Assembly (NCBI GenBank): GCA_025558095.1
Contig: JAIVFI010000002.1
Location: 1,116,001 to 1,180,000, forward strand
Reading direction: 5' to 3'
Origin: Hyaloraphidium curvatum SAG 235-1
Lineage: Eukaryota > Fungi > Monoblepharomycota
Length of the DNA: 64,000 nucleotides
Position numbers and translations under genes: made by a program. Below, in pieces: positions 34,988-46,255 of this stretch. Under the pieces are notes generated by a model. That model was given only the letters and a program-made list of their open reading frames with translations, searched no databases and had not been told where the DNA came from. The stretch's first letter is position 1; every line of letters begins with the position of its first letter.

Positions 34988-37915
34988 CTACCTCTTCCTG
35001 CGATCAATGTCCGCATCCTCGTCCTCGCTCTCCTCGTCCCCAACCACCCCCTCCTCCCCGAGATCCAAGCTCCCCAGCCCCGTCCAGACGAACGCCTCGT
35101 CCGACCTGCCCTGCCACCTCCCCACCGCCTCCTCCAGGCTCTTGGCCAGCACCCTCGACAGCGGCCACCTCCCCGCGTGCAGCTTCAGCGCGTTCAGGCA
35201 CACCTCGATCCCCCTCCGCGGGCTCACGGGGCCGGCGACCAGGGGGGGCTGGTCCAGCAGCTCGATCAGGGCGAGGCCGGCAGAGTGGATGGAGAGGCAG
35301 ATGAAGGGGGGCCCGATGTGGAGGAGCTGCTGGTCCGTGAGGGAGGCGAGGAGCTCGGCGATGCGGAGGGATTGCAGGCGGAAGCCGGGGGAGGGGATGC
35401 CGTGGACGAGGCCGAGCGCCGTGCGGAGCTGAGGAGGCAGATCAGGGAGCGAAACGATCCCGCAGCGCATGAACAACCCACCACGATCGTGCCGCCGAAC
35501 CAGACCTTGGCCCCGATCTCGGTCTTGCGGCGGTCCCACATCTCCTCCCACCTCAGCAGCGCCCTCTCCACCTCGAGCTTCCCCTTGCCCGGCACGTTGT
35601 CCCCCCTGGCCACGCTCATCGCGTGCTCCAGCAGCCCGTGCAGCTCCACGATCCCCGCGAACGCGTTGTGCGGCGGCATCGGCGTCGGCCCCGGCTGCGG
35701 TAGCAGCGGCGGCAGGTCGGCGTAGTACTTTTCCAAGGCCCCGGGGAGGTCGTCCATCGAGAGCGACGGGTACGGCTTGGACAGCCAAGTCTTGCTCTCG
35801 ACGCCGAACTTGCCCGCGGGCTTCTTTGCCGACGACACCGGCGGCGGCTGCGACGCCGCCCTCCTCCCCTCGGGCTCCATCATCCCGTCGTCCTCGTTCC
35901 CAAACAGCCTCCCCAGATCGACGAACATGCCCATGTGCGTCCCCGCCGCCCACTCGGGCTCCGCCTGCGCACCGCCCGACCTCCCCCTGGGCGGCCCGCC
36001 CCCGCCCCCCGCGTCGCGCTTGCCCCTGTTCCTCCGCCACACGGGGTCCGAGCACGGAATGGGCAGCAGCTTGTCCACGAACGAGATGGACTGCCTGTTG
36101 CCGCTCGCGGCCTCGAGCACGGTGCCGATCATCCACACCGAGAACCACGTCCGCCTCCGGCTCTCGGCCTCGAGCCAGTCCCTGACGGCGGGGTACCGCC
36201 CGCGCAGGTCGGCCGCCTTGCGGAGGGAGTGGCCCGTGGACGCGGCCATGGCCTGGAACCCGTGCGCGGCGGCCATCGCGCGCTGGGTGGAGGATTCGTG
36301 GAGCATGGCGTGCAGCGCGAGGTTGATGAAGGTCCACGCCGCCGGCAGGGCGCGCGGCATCGGGTCCAGGGTGAGGAGGTGGCTCGAGGCGCGCTGGAAG
36401 AGCACCTTGGGAAGCTGCGACAGGCCGGCGGCGGGGATGAACGGCACAGCGAGGGCGCACATGCTGTCGAGGAGGTACTGCGGCTGCTGGTGCAGCGAGG
36501 CGAAGAAGGTGGACTTGTGGATGAACTCGATGTGCGGGCAGATGTTGTCGAAGTAGATGTTGAGCAGGAGGGAGAGCTCGGGGAGGTGCGGGGTGCCGCC
36601 AACGGGGAGGGGGATCAGGCCGCCCATGGATGTGGCCACGGCGGCGGGGGGCGGGGAGAGCATGGGCTCGGAGGACGAGGCGCTCGCGGTCCTGCTCATC
36701 AGGTTCTGCTGGAGGCGCGACGGGACGGTCTTGCCCCCGGTGGAAGGCTGCGGCACGACAAAGTGGTCCGGCGGGTCGGGCGATGGGTAGCTGCTGGCCG
36801 CGGGGGACACGGGGAAGGCCGTCGAAAAGAGGGAGGAGGTGGAGGAGGCGAGCGAGTCGGCCCGCGTCGCGAGATTCCGGGCGTACTCGGCGAGCAGGTC
36901 GTCCGGCGACTGCGGCTGCTGGAGGCTCTGCGCTGCGCCGGCGGAAGAGCGGAACGGGCCCGAGGTCGGCGGGGTCTGCGCCTCCACCTTGATCGTCGGC
37001 ATCCCGGCCGCAGCGAACGTCTGGTCGAACGTCTGGACCAGCGACGACCGCCTCGCGGCCTCCGAGGCGTTAGGCAGGCGCGGGGCGCCGTAGCCGGCTT
37101 CATAGCCCCGATCCTCCGCGAGAGGGTCCTCGAGCAAGCCCGTGTCGTCGTAGGCATCGTAATCGTCCGTCAGGTACTCGTCGCCGCCGGGGTTGTACTC
37201 GTCGTCCGTCGCAAACTCCTGCCCCGGGTCGAACCCGTGGTCAAGAACAAGCCCGTGCTCCTGGGCATAGTCCAGATCGCCCGCGTACTCGTTGCCCGCG
37301 AACGCGGTCCCATAGGCCGCGGCCGAGTGCAGGTCCTGGAGGAAATCCACGTCCGGGATCTCCCCCGCCAGGTAGCTGCCTGGATCTTTGCCCTCCTCGT
37401 AGTCTACTGGAAGCGGTACGTAGGCGCCGGCGGGGACCTTGACGCCCCGCGGCGCCGCCCTGGAGCCGGATCCGGCGCGACCGCCCTTGGCCGCGCCCGC
37501 GGGCCGCGAAGCCGGCCTGCTCGCCTCCCCGCCCGCGGCGTCCGCGCCGGCCATTGCCTGCAGCTCCCTGCGCTTTGCCAGCTTGTTCTTTGCCGGCCTG
37601 TTGAACAGGCACGCGAGGTTCAGCTTGGTGCAGCGCCGGCACACCAGCGGCTCGCCCGACGACGACGCCACGAGCGCGCCGCCGTCGCCAAAGGATGCGC
37701 TCTCGGGCCATTCGCATTTGCGCTTGTTCGCATAGCCTGTTAAATCGGGGGGATGTTAGCCGGCAGAAGAGGGACACGGATCGCAGGCAAAGGGGCCCTC
37801 CGCCGCAGCCTGCCAGCCGGGGCGCCCCACGCCGGCCCGATTACCCACACTCATCGCACGAGACCGACGTGTAGCCCGTCTTGACGACGCGCTTCGCGCG
37901 CGGCGTGTCCGACAT
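34988..37915 (-). CDS. Zn(II)2Cys6 transcription factor with fungal-specific TF middle domain
   Basis: Spliced cluster CDEC-YANKRK-C-X24-CRRC-TKLNLA-C; LLNIYFDNICPHIEFIHKSTF and ESRRRTWFSVW. Confidence 0.88.
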
Positions 37916-38438
37916 GGCGTGGCGCGCCGCGCGGTGCCCCGCACTGCGGCCCCGCCGGGATGCCCCCGCCGGCGCCTCGCGCGGAACGAAGCCTAAGCTC
38001 GGCGCCGACGCGGGGAGGAACCCTTCCGCGGCCGGGAGACAGCGGGGGGCAGGTCCGTGACGGAGTCCGTGCCTGCTGTTCGATCAGGTCCGTCCCGCCG
38101 CCAACACCGCTCGAACGCCGATCAGCGCCCGAACTCGACGATGCAGACCGAGCCCCGCTCGGAAAACAATGCGAGAACGACTGCCAAGCATCTCGTGGAC
38201 ATTGTCCGTCGGTAGAACGCGGGAAAGGCGGGATTCCAGGAGGCGCCTGTGCTCCTTCTTGGCCAGACCCGTCATGCATCCTCTCGGAAATCCCGGCAGC
38301 CAACGCAGAAATGTGCTCTGCTGTATCCATGCCGTTTTCCTGGCGGACAATCGCGCCATCGGCTATCTGCGGAGACACGTCATTCCGTCCGATCATCCTG
38401 GATCACGGCCGTCCCACTTGCCTCCAGCACCCACCGCA

Positions 38439-40310
38439 ATGGCAGACAGCGACGGAGTCTCCTCCGACGGCACCGCCGCCGGGGACGAGTCCGCACCGCT
38501 GGCGCTTCTTTCGGACCCCGATGCGTCGCCGGACGCCGCGGCGGAACCCGGGAACGCCGCCCTTGCCTCCGCCAAAGCAGACGCCGGCGGCGTCACGGGG
38601 GGCCTCCCGCCGGACGGAATCGGGGGAAATACGGACATGGCGCCCTCCGCTATGGGCATTCCGGACGTGCCGCCTCCGGACGAGGGCGATGCGGGCCTCC
38701 CCGCCCCCGCCTCCCGCCGGGCCTCCTTCAAGGACGACCCGGAAGGCACCCCTTCGGCCCTCGCACCCCCGGAACCCGGCGCCGCCGCCCGCCGTGACTC
38801 CGCATTCCCGGGCAACACCTCCTTCACCCCCCGCCGCCGCGCCGGGATTCTCGCCGTCCTGACTGCCTGGGCATTTTGCGGCTCCGTCTCAAACGCCATC
38901 CTCTTCCCCGCGCTCCCTCTCGTGCAGGCCGACCTCAACACTTCCGCACAGGCGGTCAACGCGTCCGTTTCGGTGGGGACCTTCGTCAACGGGCTGGCGC
39001 CGCTTTTCTGGGCCGCGCTGTCGGACCTGCGGGGCCGGCGGATCGTGTACCTCGTCTCGGGGCCGATCCTGGTCGCCGCCTCCCTCGCCCTGTTCTGGAC
39101 CCCCAACATCGCCGTGTTCTACGTTTTGCGGATCGTGCAGCAGGTCGCCGGCTCGGCGGTCGTTTCCACGGGCTCGGGCACGATGGCGGACATTTACGCG
39201 CGGCAGGACCTGGCCGGCGCCCTCGGCATATTCTACCTCGGCCTGACCCTCGGCCCGACCGTCGGGCCCGCGCTCGGGGGCGTGATCACGCAGTACGGCG
39301 GGTGGCGTTGGACCAGCGTGTTTTCCGCGGGGCTGGCCGCCGCGGTGTGGGTCCTCGTGGTCCTGTTCCTACCCGAGACGATGGTGCCCCGGGAAGTGGC
39401 CGCGGGCGCCAAACGGGAGAACGTGGTGCTCAAGGGGTTCAAAAACCTCACCTACAGTGCGTCTGCTTTGCTGCTTCCCGGAAGCCCGGCCTCACACCTC
39501 GCTTGTTTCCGCAGACCGCTACCCCTTCGTCTTCTCCAACGTCCTCGTCCTCGCCCTCTCCTTCGCCATCCTCTTCACCCTCTCCGTAACCATCCCCCGC
39601 GACTTCCCCGCCGTCTACGGGTTCACCACCTCCCAGGCCGGCTTCGTGCAGCTCGCCTCCGGCGTGGGGATGCTGTTCGGGAACTACTTCTCCGGGCGGT
39701 TCAGCGACCGCGGCTACCGCGCGTGGAGGCAGCGGAGGGGGGGCGTAGCGGTGCCCGAGGACCGGCTGAGGGCGACGTGGCCGGGGGTCGTGCTCCTCGT
39801 CGCGGGGTCGCTGACCATGGGGTGGTCGCTGGTGACGGCGGTGTCGTGGGTGGTGTCGGCGCTGGGGACGGTGATTGCGGGCGTGGGGTGGGTGGCATGC
39901 CGGATCCGTGCGGAGCGCAGGGCAAGCTGACCCGCTTTCGTGCCTTGCCCAGCGTCATGTGGTTCGCCACCTCGTGCAACGCCTATCTCATCGATCTGTT
40001 CGCCTCGGACGCCAGCAGCATCATCGCCTCGGCCAACTTCCTCCGCTTCACCTTGTCCGCCTTGGGCCCTCTCACCGTGGCCCCCATGCAGGCCGCCATG
40101 GGCAGCGGCTGGCTGTACACCTTCTGGTCCTTGCTGAACGTGCTCGCGTACGGCGGGCTGGTGCTGGTCATCCTGTTCGGCGCCAAGTACAGGCTGGCGA
40201 TGGAGCCGTGGAAGAGCAGGAATGGGGCGGAGGAGCAGCGGAGGGCGATCGGGATGGGGGGGGACGTGGAGGGAGGGGAGGCGGTGGCAGAGGTGAAGCC
40301 GCCTGGGTGA
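38439..40310 (+). CDS. MFS drug:H+ antiporter (DHA1 family)
   Basis: PLFWAALSDLRGRRIVY, GTMADIY, GPALGG, GGWRW, FLPET, PEDRL and YLIDLF; 2 introns. Confidence 0.92.
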   Translation: MADSDGVSSDGTAAGDESAPLALLSDPDASPDAAAEPGNAALASAKADAGGVTGGLPPDGIGGNTDMAPSAMGIPDVPPPDEGDAGLPAPASRRASFKDDPEGTPSALAPPEPGAAARRDSAFPGNTSFTPRRRAGILAVLTAWAFCGSVSNAILFPALPLVQADLNTSAQAVNASVSVGTFVNGLAPLFWAALSDLRGRRIVYLVSGPILVAASLALFWTPNIAVFYVLRIVQQVAGSAVVSTGSGTMADIYARQDLAGALGIFYLGLTLGPTVGPALGGVITQYGGWRWTSVFSAGLAAAVWVLVVLFLPETMVPREVAAGAKRENVVLKGFKNLTYSASALLLPGSPASHLACFRRPLPLRLLQRPRPRPLLRHPLHPLRNHPPRLPRRLRVHHLPGRLRAARLRRGDAVRELLLRAVQRPRLPRVEAAEGGRSGARGPAEGDVAGGRAPRRGVADHGVVAGDGGVVGGVGAGDGDCGRGVGGMPDPCGAQGKLTRFRALPSVMWFATSCNAYLIDLFASDASSIIASANFLRFTLSALGPLTVAPMQAAMGSGWLYTFWSLLNVLAYGGLVLVILFGAKYRLAMEPWKSRNGAEEQRRAIGMGGDVEGGEAVAEVKPPG

Positions 40311-40498
40311 CAGCGTGGATCGCTACCTTTGTGAGTTGAAGTAATTGATGCCACTCCCCCGAGAAGCGTGAGTGATGGGGGGAGGAAGTCCCTTGGCGGG
40401 ACATGACGCCGTGCCTCCTCGGAGCTTCAACCCCGGCCACGCCCATTTTCCCCGGGAGCCCGAGCCGCCTTCTATAATTCGCGCAGCGCATTGCCGCG

Positions 40499-43422
40499 AT
40501 GCCGTCCGTCGGCGATTCGCTGTCGATGACGGCGCTCGCGCCGCCCAACTCTGGGCGGCGGCGGTCGTCCGTCAAGCCGCACGTGCCCTCCCCGCTCTCC
40601 TCCCAGCCGCCCAAAAACGCCCCCGAGCGGCTGCCGCGCCGCCCGTCGACGCCCGCCGACAAGGCGCACCCGCCGCCGCACCAGCCGCACGCGCACGCGC
40701 CGCCGCCGACGACGCTGATCAAGTCTTTCCCGGTACCCGAGCCCCTGCACGCCAAGTACGCCGCCGAGCTGCCGTTCCTGCCCGTGCCGGACCTAGACGG
40801 CACGCTGGAGCGGTACCTGGCGTCGGTGCGGCCCTTTCTGAACGACCTCGACTGGGAGGTCACCACCAACGCCGTGCGCGAGTTCGCCGCCCCCGGCGGG
40901 CCTGGAAGGTTGCTGCAGCAGCGGCTGGTGCAGCGCGCAAAGGAGGCAGAGGCGCTGGGGCAGAGCGGGTACCTGAAGGAGCTGCACCGCTGCGCGGACG
41001 GTATCGTCCAGCCGACCAGGGCGAGCTGGGTGAGTGATCCACCTCCAGTCATCGTCTCCTGGGCAGCCTTTTCTGACGGAATGATCTGCTGCCCTTGCGA
41101 TTGGCTTCATCGGCGCCCACAGCTCATTGATTGGTGGAACGAGTACTCGTACTGCGCCTTCCGCGACATGACGCCCATCAACGTCAACTACTTCTTCGTC
41201 TTCCCCGACGACAGGCGCACCGGCCCCGAGGCCCTGCGTTACATGAAGGGCAAGGGTGCCGAGATCCAGATCAAGCGCGGCGCGGCCATGATCCACGCCG
41301 CGATGGAGTTCCGCGAGCAGCTTCGGAGCGGCACGCTGCCGGCCGACAAGATGGGCAAGCCGGCGCAGCAGATGGACATGAACCAGTACCGGTACCTGTT
41401 CAACGCGTGCCGAATCCCGGCCATGCCGTCGGATTACGTGGCGACGTACCCCGGCGAGGAGAACTGGCACGTCACGGTGATGTGCATGAACAAGATCTGG
41501 TCGTTCGAGACCAAGAAGGACGGCAAGCTGATGAGCGTCGACGAAATCGAGCTGCAAGTCCGCCGCATCGTCGAAGACTCTCCCTCTACCTCCGCCGCCC
41601 CGCTCGGTGTCCTCACCGCCGGCGACCGCGACGCCTGGTCCGCCTCGCGCCCCCTCCTCCTCTCCGCGCACCCCTCCCACCCCGAGATCCTCCGCGTCGT
41701 CGAGTCCTCGGCCTTCATGCTATGCCTGGACCAGACCATGCCCACCACGCGGGCCGAGGTCGCGCGCGCGTGCTGGCACGGAGATGGGCAGAACAGGTGG
41801 TTCGACAAGTCGTTCCAGCTGATCGCGTTTGCGAACGGCAAGTGTGGGTTCAACGGGGAGCACAGCATGATGGACGCCACGCCCACCGCGAGGTTCGTTG
41901 GCTTCGCAGTGCCGCAGTGACAACGATCAGCTGACTATTGATTCCAGGCTCGGCGACTTCATCTGCGCACGCCTTCTCTCGGTCCGCTTCGGGGAGCCCC
42001 TTGCCCTCGACGACCCGAGCCTCCCCGAGCCGCAACCCCTCGAATTCCACCCCCCCGCCTCCCTCATCCCCGCCATCGCCGCCAGCCTGGACCACTTTTC
42101 CCGCACCGTCGCGCGGCACGACCTGCACGTGCTCCGCTACACCTCGTACGGCAAATCCCTCCCCAAATCCGCCGGCATGTCCCCCGACTCCTTCGTGCAG
42201 ATGGCCTTCCAGCTGGCTTACTACCGGGCCCACGGGCAGTGGGTCGCGACCTACGAGAGCGCCGGGATGCGGCGCTACCTGTGGGGCCGCACCGAGACGT
42301 GCCGCTCCGTGTCGACCGAGAGCGTGGACCTCGTCCGGGGTTGGCACGATCCCGACGTCTCGGCGTCGGAAAAGGCGGTGCTGCTGCGGGCGGCGTGCAA
42401 GAGCCAGAGCAAGTACATGGCCGAGTGCCTCGCCGGGCACGGAGTGGACAGGCACCTGCTCGGCCTGCGGCTGAGTTTGGCCAAGGACGAGCACGTGCCG
42501 GCGATCTACGCCGATCCCGCGTACGCCGTGTCGAGCCACTGGACGATGAGCACGAGCCAGATCCCGAGCGAGTACTTTGACGGGTACGGGTGGGGAGAGG
42601 TCGTGCCTGGTGGGTGCCACGGCGGGCCATCCGGCGGAACTTTTGCTCACCCGCGCGCCTTCAGACGGTTTCGGTTTGGCCTACATGGTCCGCGAACATT
42701 CGATCCACGTCAACGTTACGGGCCTCATCGGCGCTGAGGGCGACACCGAGGCGGACGGCAGCGAGATGCACCCCAACCGCGTGTCGCGGATGGTCCACCT
42801 GCTCGAGGAGATCTTCGACGAAATGCGCGACGTTATCAATGAGGCCAAGCGCGAGGAGGAGGAGCAGAAGAAAGCGCAGGAGGCCGCGAGCAGGGAGATC
42901 GCGGACCTCATGGCGCACCGCGAGCAGCTCGCCGCCGAACCGCTCCGGCGCCCGCCGAGCTCCTCGATCGAGGCCATCAACGAGGCCCGCCCGAGGCTGG
43001 ACACCTTCTTCTCGCACGACCACACCACCGCCGCCTCGCAGATCATCTCGCACGCCGAGCGCGAGCACGGCTCCGGCGGCGCGCTCCGCGCCCGCAGGGT
43101 GTCGGTGGCCTCGCTCGGCACCGCCGGCATCCCGAGGCCCATGTCGCCCCTGCACCCGCAGCCCTCGCAGACCCCGCCGCCGGCGACGATCGAGACCGCG
43201 GGCACGCAGGGCATCGGCGTCGACGCCGTCGGCCTGTCGCTCGCGTACCCGTCGCGGCACACGCTGGCCGAGATGGTGTACAACGACGAGGACGGGCTGC
43301 TTGAGGGGCTGGGGCACGTGGACCTGGAGGACGTGATGGAGGCGAAGATGCCGCAGCCGCAGAGCACGGGGAGGCTCGGGTTCCTGGGGAGGAGGCTGGC
43401 TGCGATCTGGGGCTGGGAATGA
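40499..43422 (+). CDS. Carnitine O-acetyltransferase (Yat1/Cat2-like)
   Basis: LPVPDLDGTLERYL, NRWFDKSFQL, catalytic EHSMMDATP, SPDSFVQMAFQLAYY, TYES...GRTET, GHGVDRHL, MSTSQ and GWGEVVPDGFG. Confidence 0.95.
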
Positions 43423-43580
43423 GGGGATGCATAGATCGTTGGCGTCACGGTTGCTGTAGTTGCGCGTGCGTAGAATTGGATGCGTTTCTGGACAACCTTT
43501 TGTTCTCGACAGCTTTGAATACTGGCGAGGTGGCGTCCGAGGGGCGACGAGGGGAGTAAACCAAAAACGCCCAACGAATC

Positions 43581-44753
43581 ATGGCCCCCCGCGACGCCGC
43601 CCTGCCGCAGAAGCCCGTCGACCCGTGGATTCCCGAGATCTTCCTCCGCATCGCCGGCCTGCTCGACTTGCGGTCGATCCTCCGCGTCGCCTCCGCGAGC
43701 AGACGCCTCAGAGACCTCGCATCGGACGCGGCCGCATTCGCACATCTCGGACCGCAGCTCGACCCGCTTGCCTTCCTCGGCCCCGAAAGAATCGGAGAGA
43801 TGGCCGCGGGGCGAGGGTGGATGGCGGTCGCGTCGGACATGGCATCGTTGACGTGCCGCGGCTGCGCGTGCGGCACCGTCGGCTTCCTCATGGTGCCCCG
43901 CCTCGAACGGCTCTGTGGAGACTGCCAGATCAAAGTCGTCTCCGCGGACAAGAGTCTGGGCCCGAAGAAGAAGTGGCGAGGCAAAGGAGCGCCGGCTTCT
44001 CGGCGCAAATCGGTGCCGGTCGGATGGGAGCCCTCGCTGTACTTCAACGGCTTTGATTTCCCGACCACGCCATCTATCATCATCAACGGTGCCGAGGCAG
44101 GTGCCGGAGACAGGTTGCGGGAGCTCCTCTCCAGCCAGGACAACAGGTTCTTTACGATCGGCATCCGAGGCCAGGTCCTGGTCGAAAAAGAGCTGGAGGT
44201 CGAGTGGCCCATGAAGCTCTTGGGGCTTGGGGAAGATGCGTCGCTTCTCATGGTTTGGAGCAAACTGGTGGTGGCTTCGTCGTGCGTGATCCAGGACCTC
44301 GAGATCAAGACCACCTGCTGGGGTCCCGACTTTGATCCCGAGGAGTTCTTCCATGCTCCCGAGGACTCGGATCAGTTTGCTGCGATAGTAAATCTGGGCT
44401 ATCTGATCCTCCGTGGATGCCGTATCGACACGGTTTGCGGGCTGGGCCTGACGGTCGCCACAGATGCGACGAGGGCGTTCATGGAAGGCTGCGACGTGAC
44501 GACGAACGCAACCGGAAACGGAGTGCATGCCTACCCTGGATGCGTCTTTTCTGCCGTCGACAACACCTTCCGCGAGAACCTGTTCCACATCGTGGTGCCT
44601 CGGGATGCTACCGAAGAGGTTCGCGACGATCTCGTTCTGCGCAACCTCATGGATGAATCCTTCGCCGGACACGTTGAGCCCGTCTTGAGGCTCTGTGACC
44701 AGGAAGAGCTGCCCGTGAGCAAGATCCAGCCGTGGACGGTCGGGCTCAAGTGA
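43581..44753 (+). CDS. F-box protein with Cys pairs and a C-terminal beta-helix-like region
   Basis: IPEIFLRIAGLLDLRSILRVASASRRLRDLA F-box; CRGC/CGDC; C-terminal repeats LILRGCRI, AFMEGCDV and NGVH...DNTFREN. Intronless. Confidence 0.7.
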   Translation: MAPRDAALPQKPVDPWIPEIFLRIAGLLDLRSILRVASASRRLRDLASDAAAFAHLGPQLDPLAFLGPERIGEMAAGRGWMAVASDMASLTCRGCACGTVGFLMVPRLERLCGDCQIKVVSADKSLGPKKKWRGKGAPASRRKSVPVGWEPSLYFNGFDFPTTPSIIINGAEAGAGDRLRELLSSQDNRFFTIGIRGQVLVEKELEVEWPMKLLGLGEDASLLMVWSKLVVASSCVIQDLEIKTTCWGPDFDPEEFFHAPEDSDQFAAIVNLGYLILRGCRIDTVCGLGLTVATDATRAFMEGCDVTTNATGNGVHAYPGCVFSAVDNTFRENLFHIVVPRDATEEVRDDLVLRNLMDESFAGHVEPVLRLCDQEELPVSKIQPWTVGLK

Positions 44754-44913
44754 ACACTGGAGGCGGACACGACGTTGAGTGAACGAACGGCATGGTGGTT
44801 GGGACGGGAGACAACAGGGTGGAGTAGAAGGTTCATTCGAAGAGTGAAGAACAATGCTAAATATCAAATCACGCGAACGAAAGCAATCCGCACGCCAGTC
44901 AAATTCGTCAAAG

Positions 44914-46124
44914 TTAGTCGTAGTCGCTAAGGTCCCTGAGCAACCCGTCCTCCACGCGCTCCTCCCCGTCTAGAAGGTCGAACGGCACCCGCATCCCGTA
45001 CGCGTCCTTGTACGCCTCCTCCCAATCCGGATCGATCCCAGCCAGCCGCATCCACATCCTTTGCTCCGAAGATAAAAACTGCTCCCCAAGCTCGACCGAG
45101 GTCACAGGCGCACGAAATGCAGCTTCAACGGCGGGAAGATCCGCGATGCGGAGGTGCAACCGGATGTTCCTGTCAAGAACGAGCTTCTTCGCGCGGGGCA
45201 CAACACCGTTCAGGAAAATGGCAGTGCAAATGTAGACCAAGTGTAGCATACGAAGTGGCTGACGGTCGCTCACTTCCACCAAGGAGAAGAGTGGTGTCTC
45301 GTTCTGTAGAGACCAATGCACGAAAAGATCCATGGGCAGGAACTGCGGGTGTCGAGCGAGCTGGTCGGGATGTATGGATCGCCGCTTAGTGTCTTCAGGC
45401 AGCCGACCAGGCGCGGGTGCTTTTGGGCAAGGTGGTCCAGAAACGGCCCGTCGGAATCCCAGCACCAGAGAGACAAGCTCTGGAGATTAGGACAGTCCAG
45501 TTCAATACGTCTCGCCAAATTTATCGCCAGTGGCCCGGTCCCGAGCCCAAAGCAGATGTCCCCAAGGGCCACAGAACGGATCGACGCCGGCAGCTTGAGC
45601 CGAGCAACAACGTCCTTCATGCGCTCATCATTGGGATCAAAGTCCACCAAAGCGAGCTTTTCCATCTTCAAAACGTGGCGGAAAGCTCTGTGGGCGCCGG
45701 CCCGTGTCATGTGTCGGAGGCACAAGGACAGCTCCCGAAGCTCCCTGAACGCGGTCAAACACGTTGAGATCTCTTCTGCCTGGAGGCGATCAGACAGATC
45801 GAGATTCCTGACCAATGGAGTCAGGTTGCCGTTGGCCACCAGCGGCTCAAAGGCCTCGAAGTGGTCGCCATTCACGACGAGCGACCAGAGAAGCACGGGC
45901 ATCACCAGCGAGTGAAACAAGCTCGAGACGCTTGCGCATCGTGCTAAAGACTTCAAGTGCCCCATCGCCTTGAGACGGCCGAAGATTTGCAGGAGCAGCT
46001 CCGGCGGAAGAGACGTTGAGTCACCGGGAACGTCGTCCGGGGCAGGGGGAGACGCGGTGGCCTCTCCAGCGCCCGCGGTCGGTGGAGCCCGAGTCCCAGA
46101 CCGACGAGAAGATCTGAGATCCAT
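44914..46124 (-). pseudogene. F-box/LRR-like protein with one frameshift
   Basis: LPPELLLQIFGRL...CASVSSLFHSLVMPVL F-box. The frame switches near 45370 to LARHPQFLP...ADLPAVEAAFRAPV with no GT donor there. Paralog of 11066-12156. Confidence 0.72.
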
Positions 46125-46255
46125 TTTTTGTGCCAGAGAGGGCCAGCGGTTGGTTGTGTCAACGCGGCAGGGGTCGGGTGTAGCCGAGGGGGCGCGCGGG
46201 CGCGAACCGCCGCGCCTGTTGGCAGACCTCTTCCGGCGTTGCCCCACTGCCCGCC

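Noticed and set aside
25207-40310. MFS, SDR, GMC oxidase and Zn-cluster TF as a secondary-metabolite cluster
   Set aside because: No backbone enzyme (PKS, NRPS, terpene synthase) in the window, and unrelated genes are interspersed.
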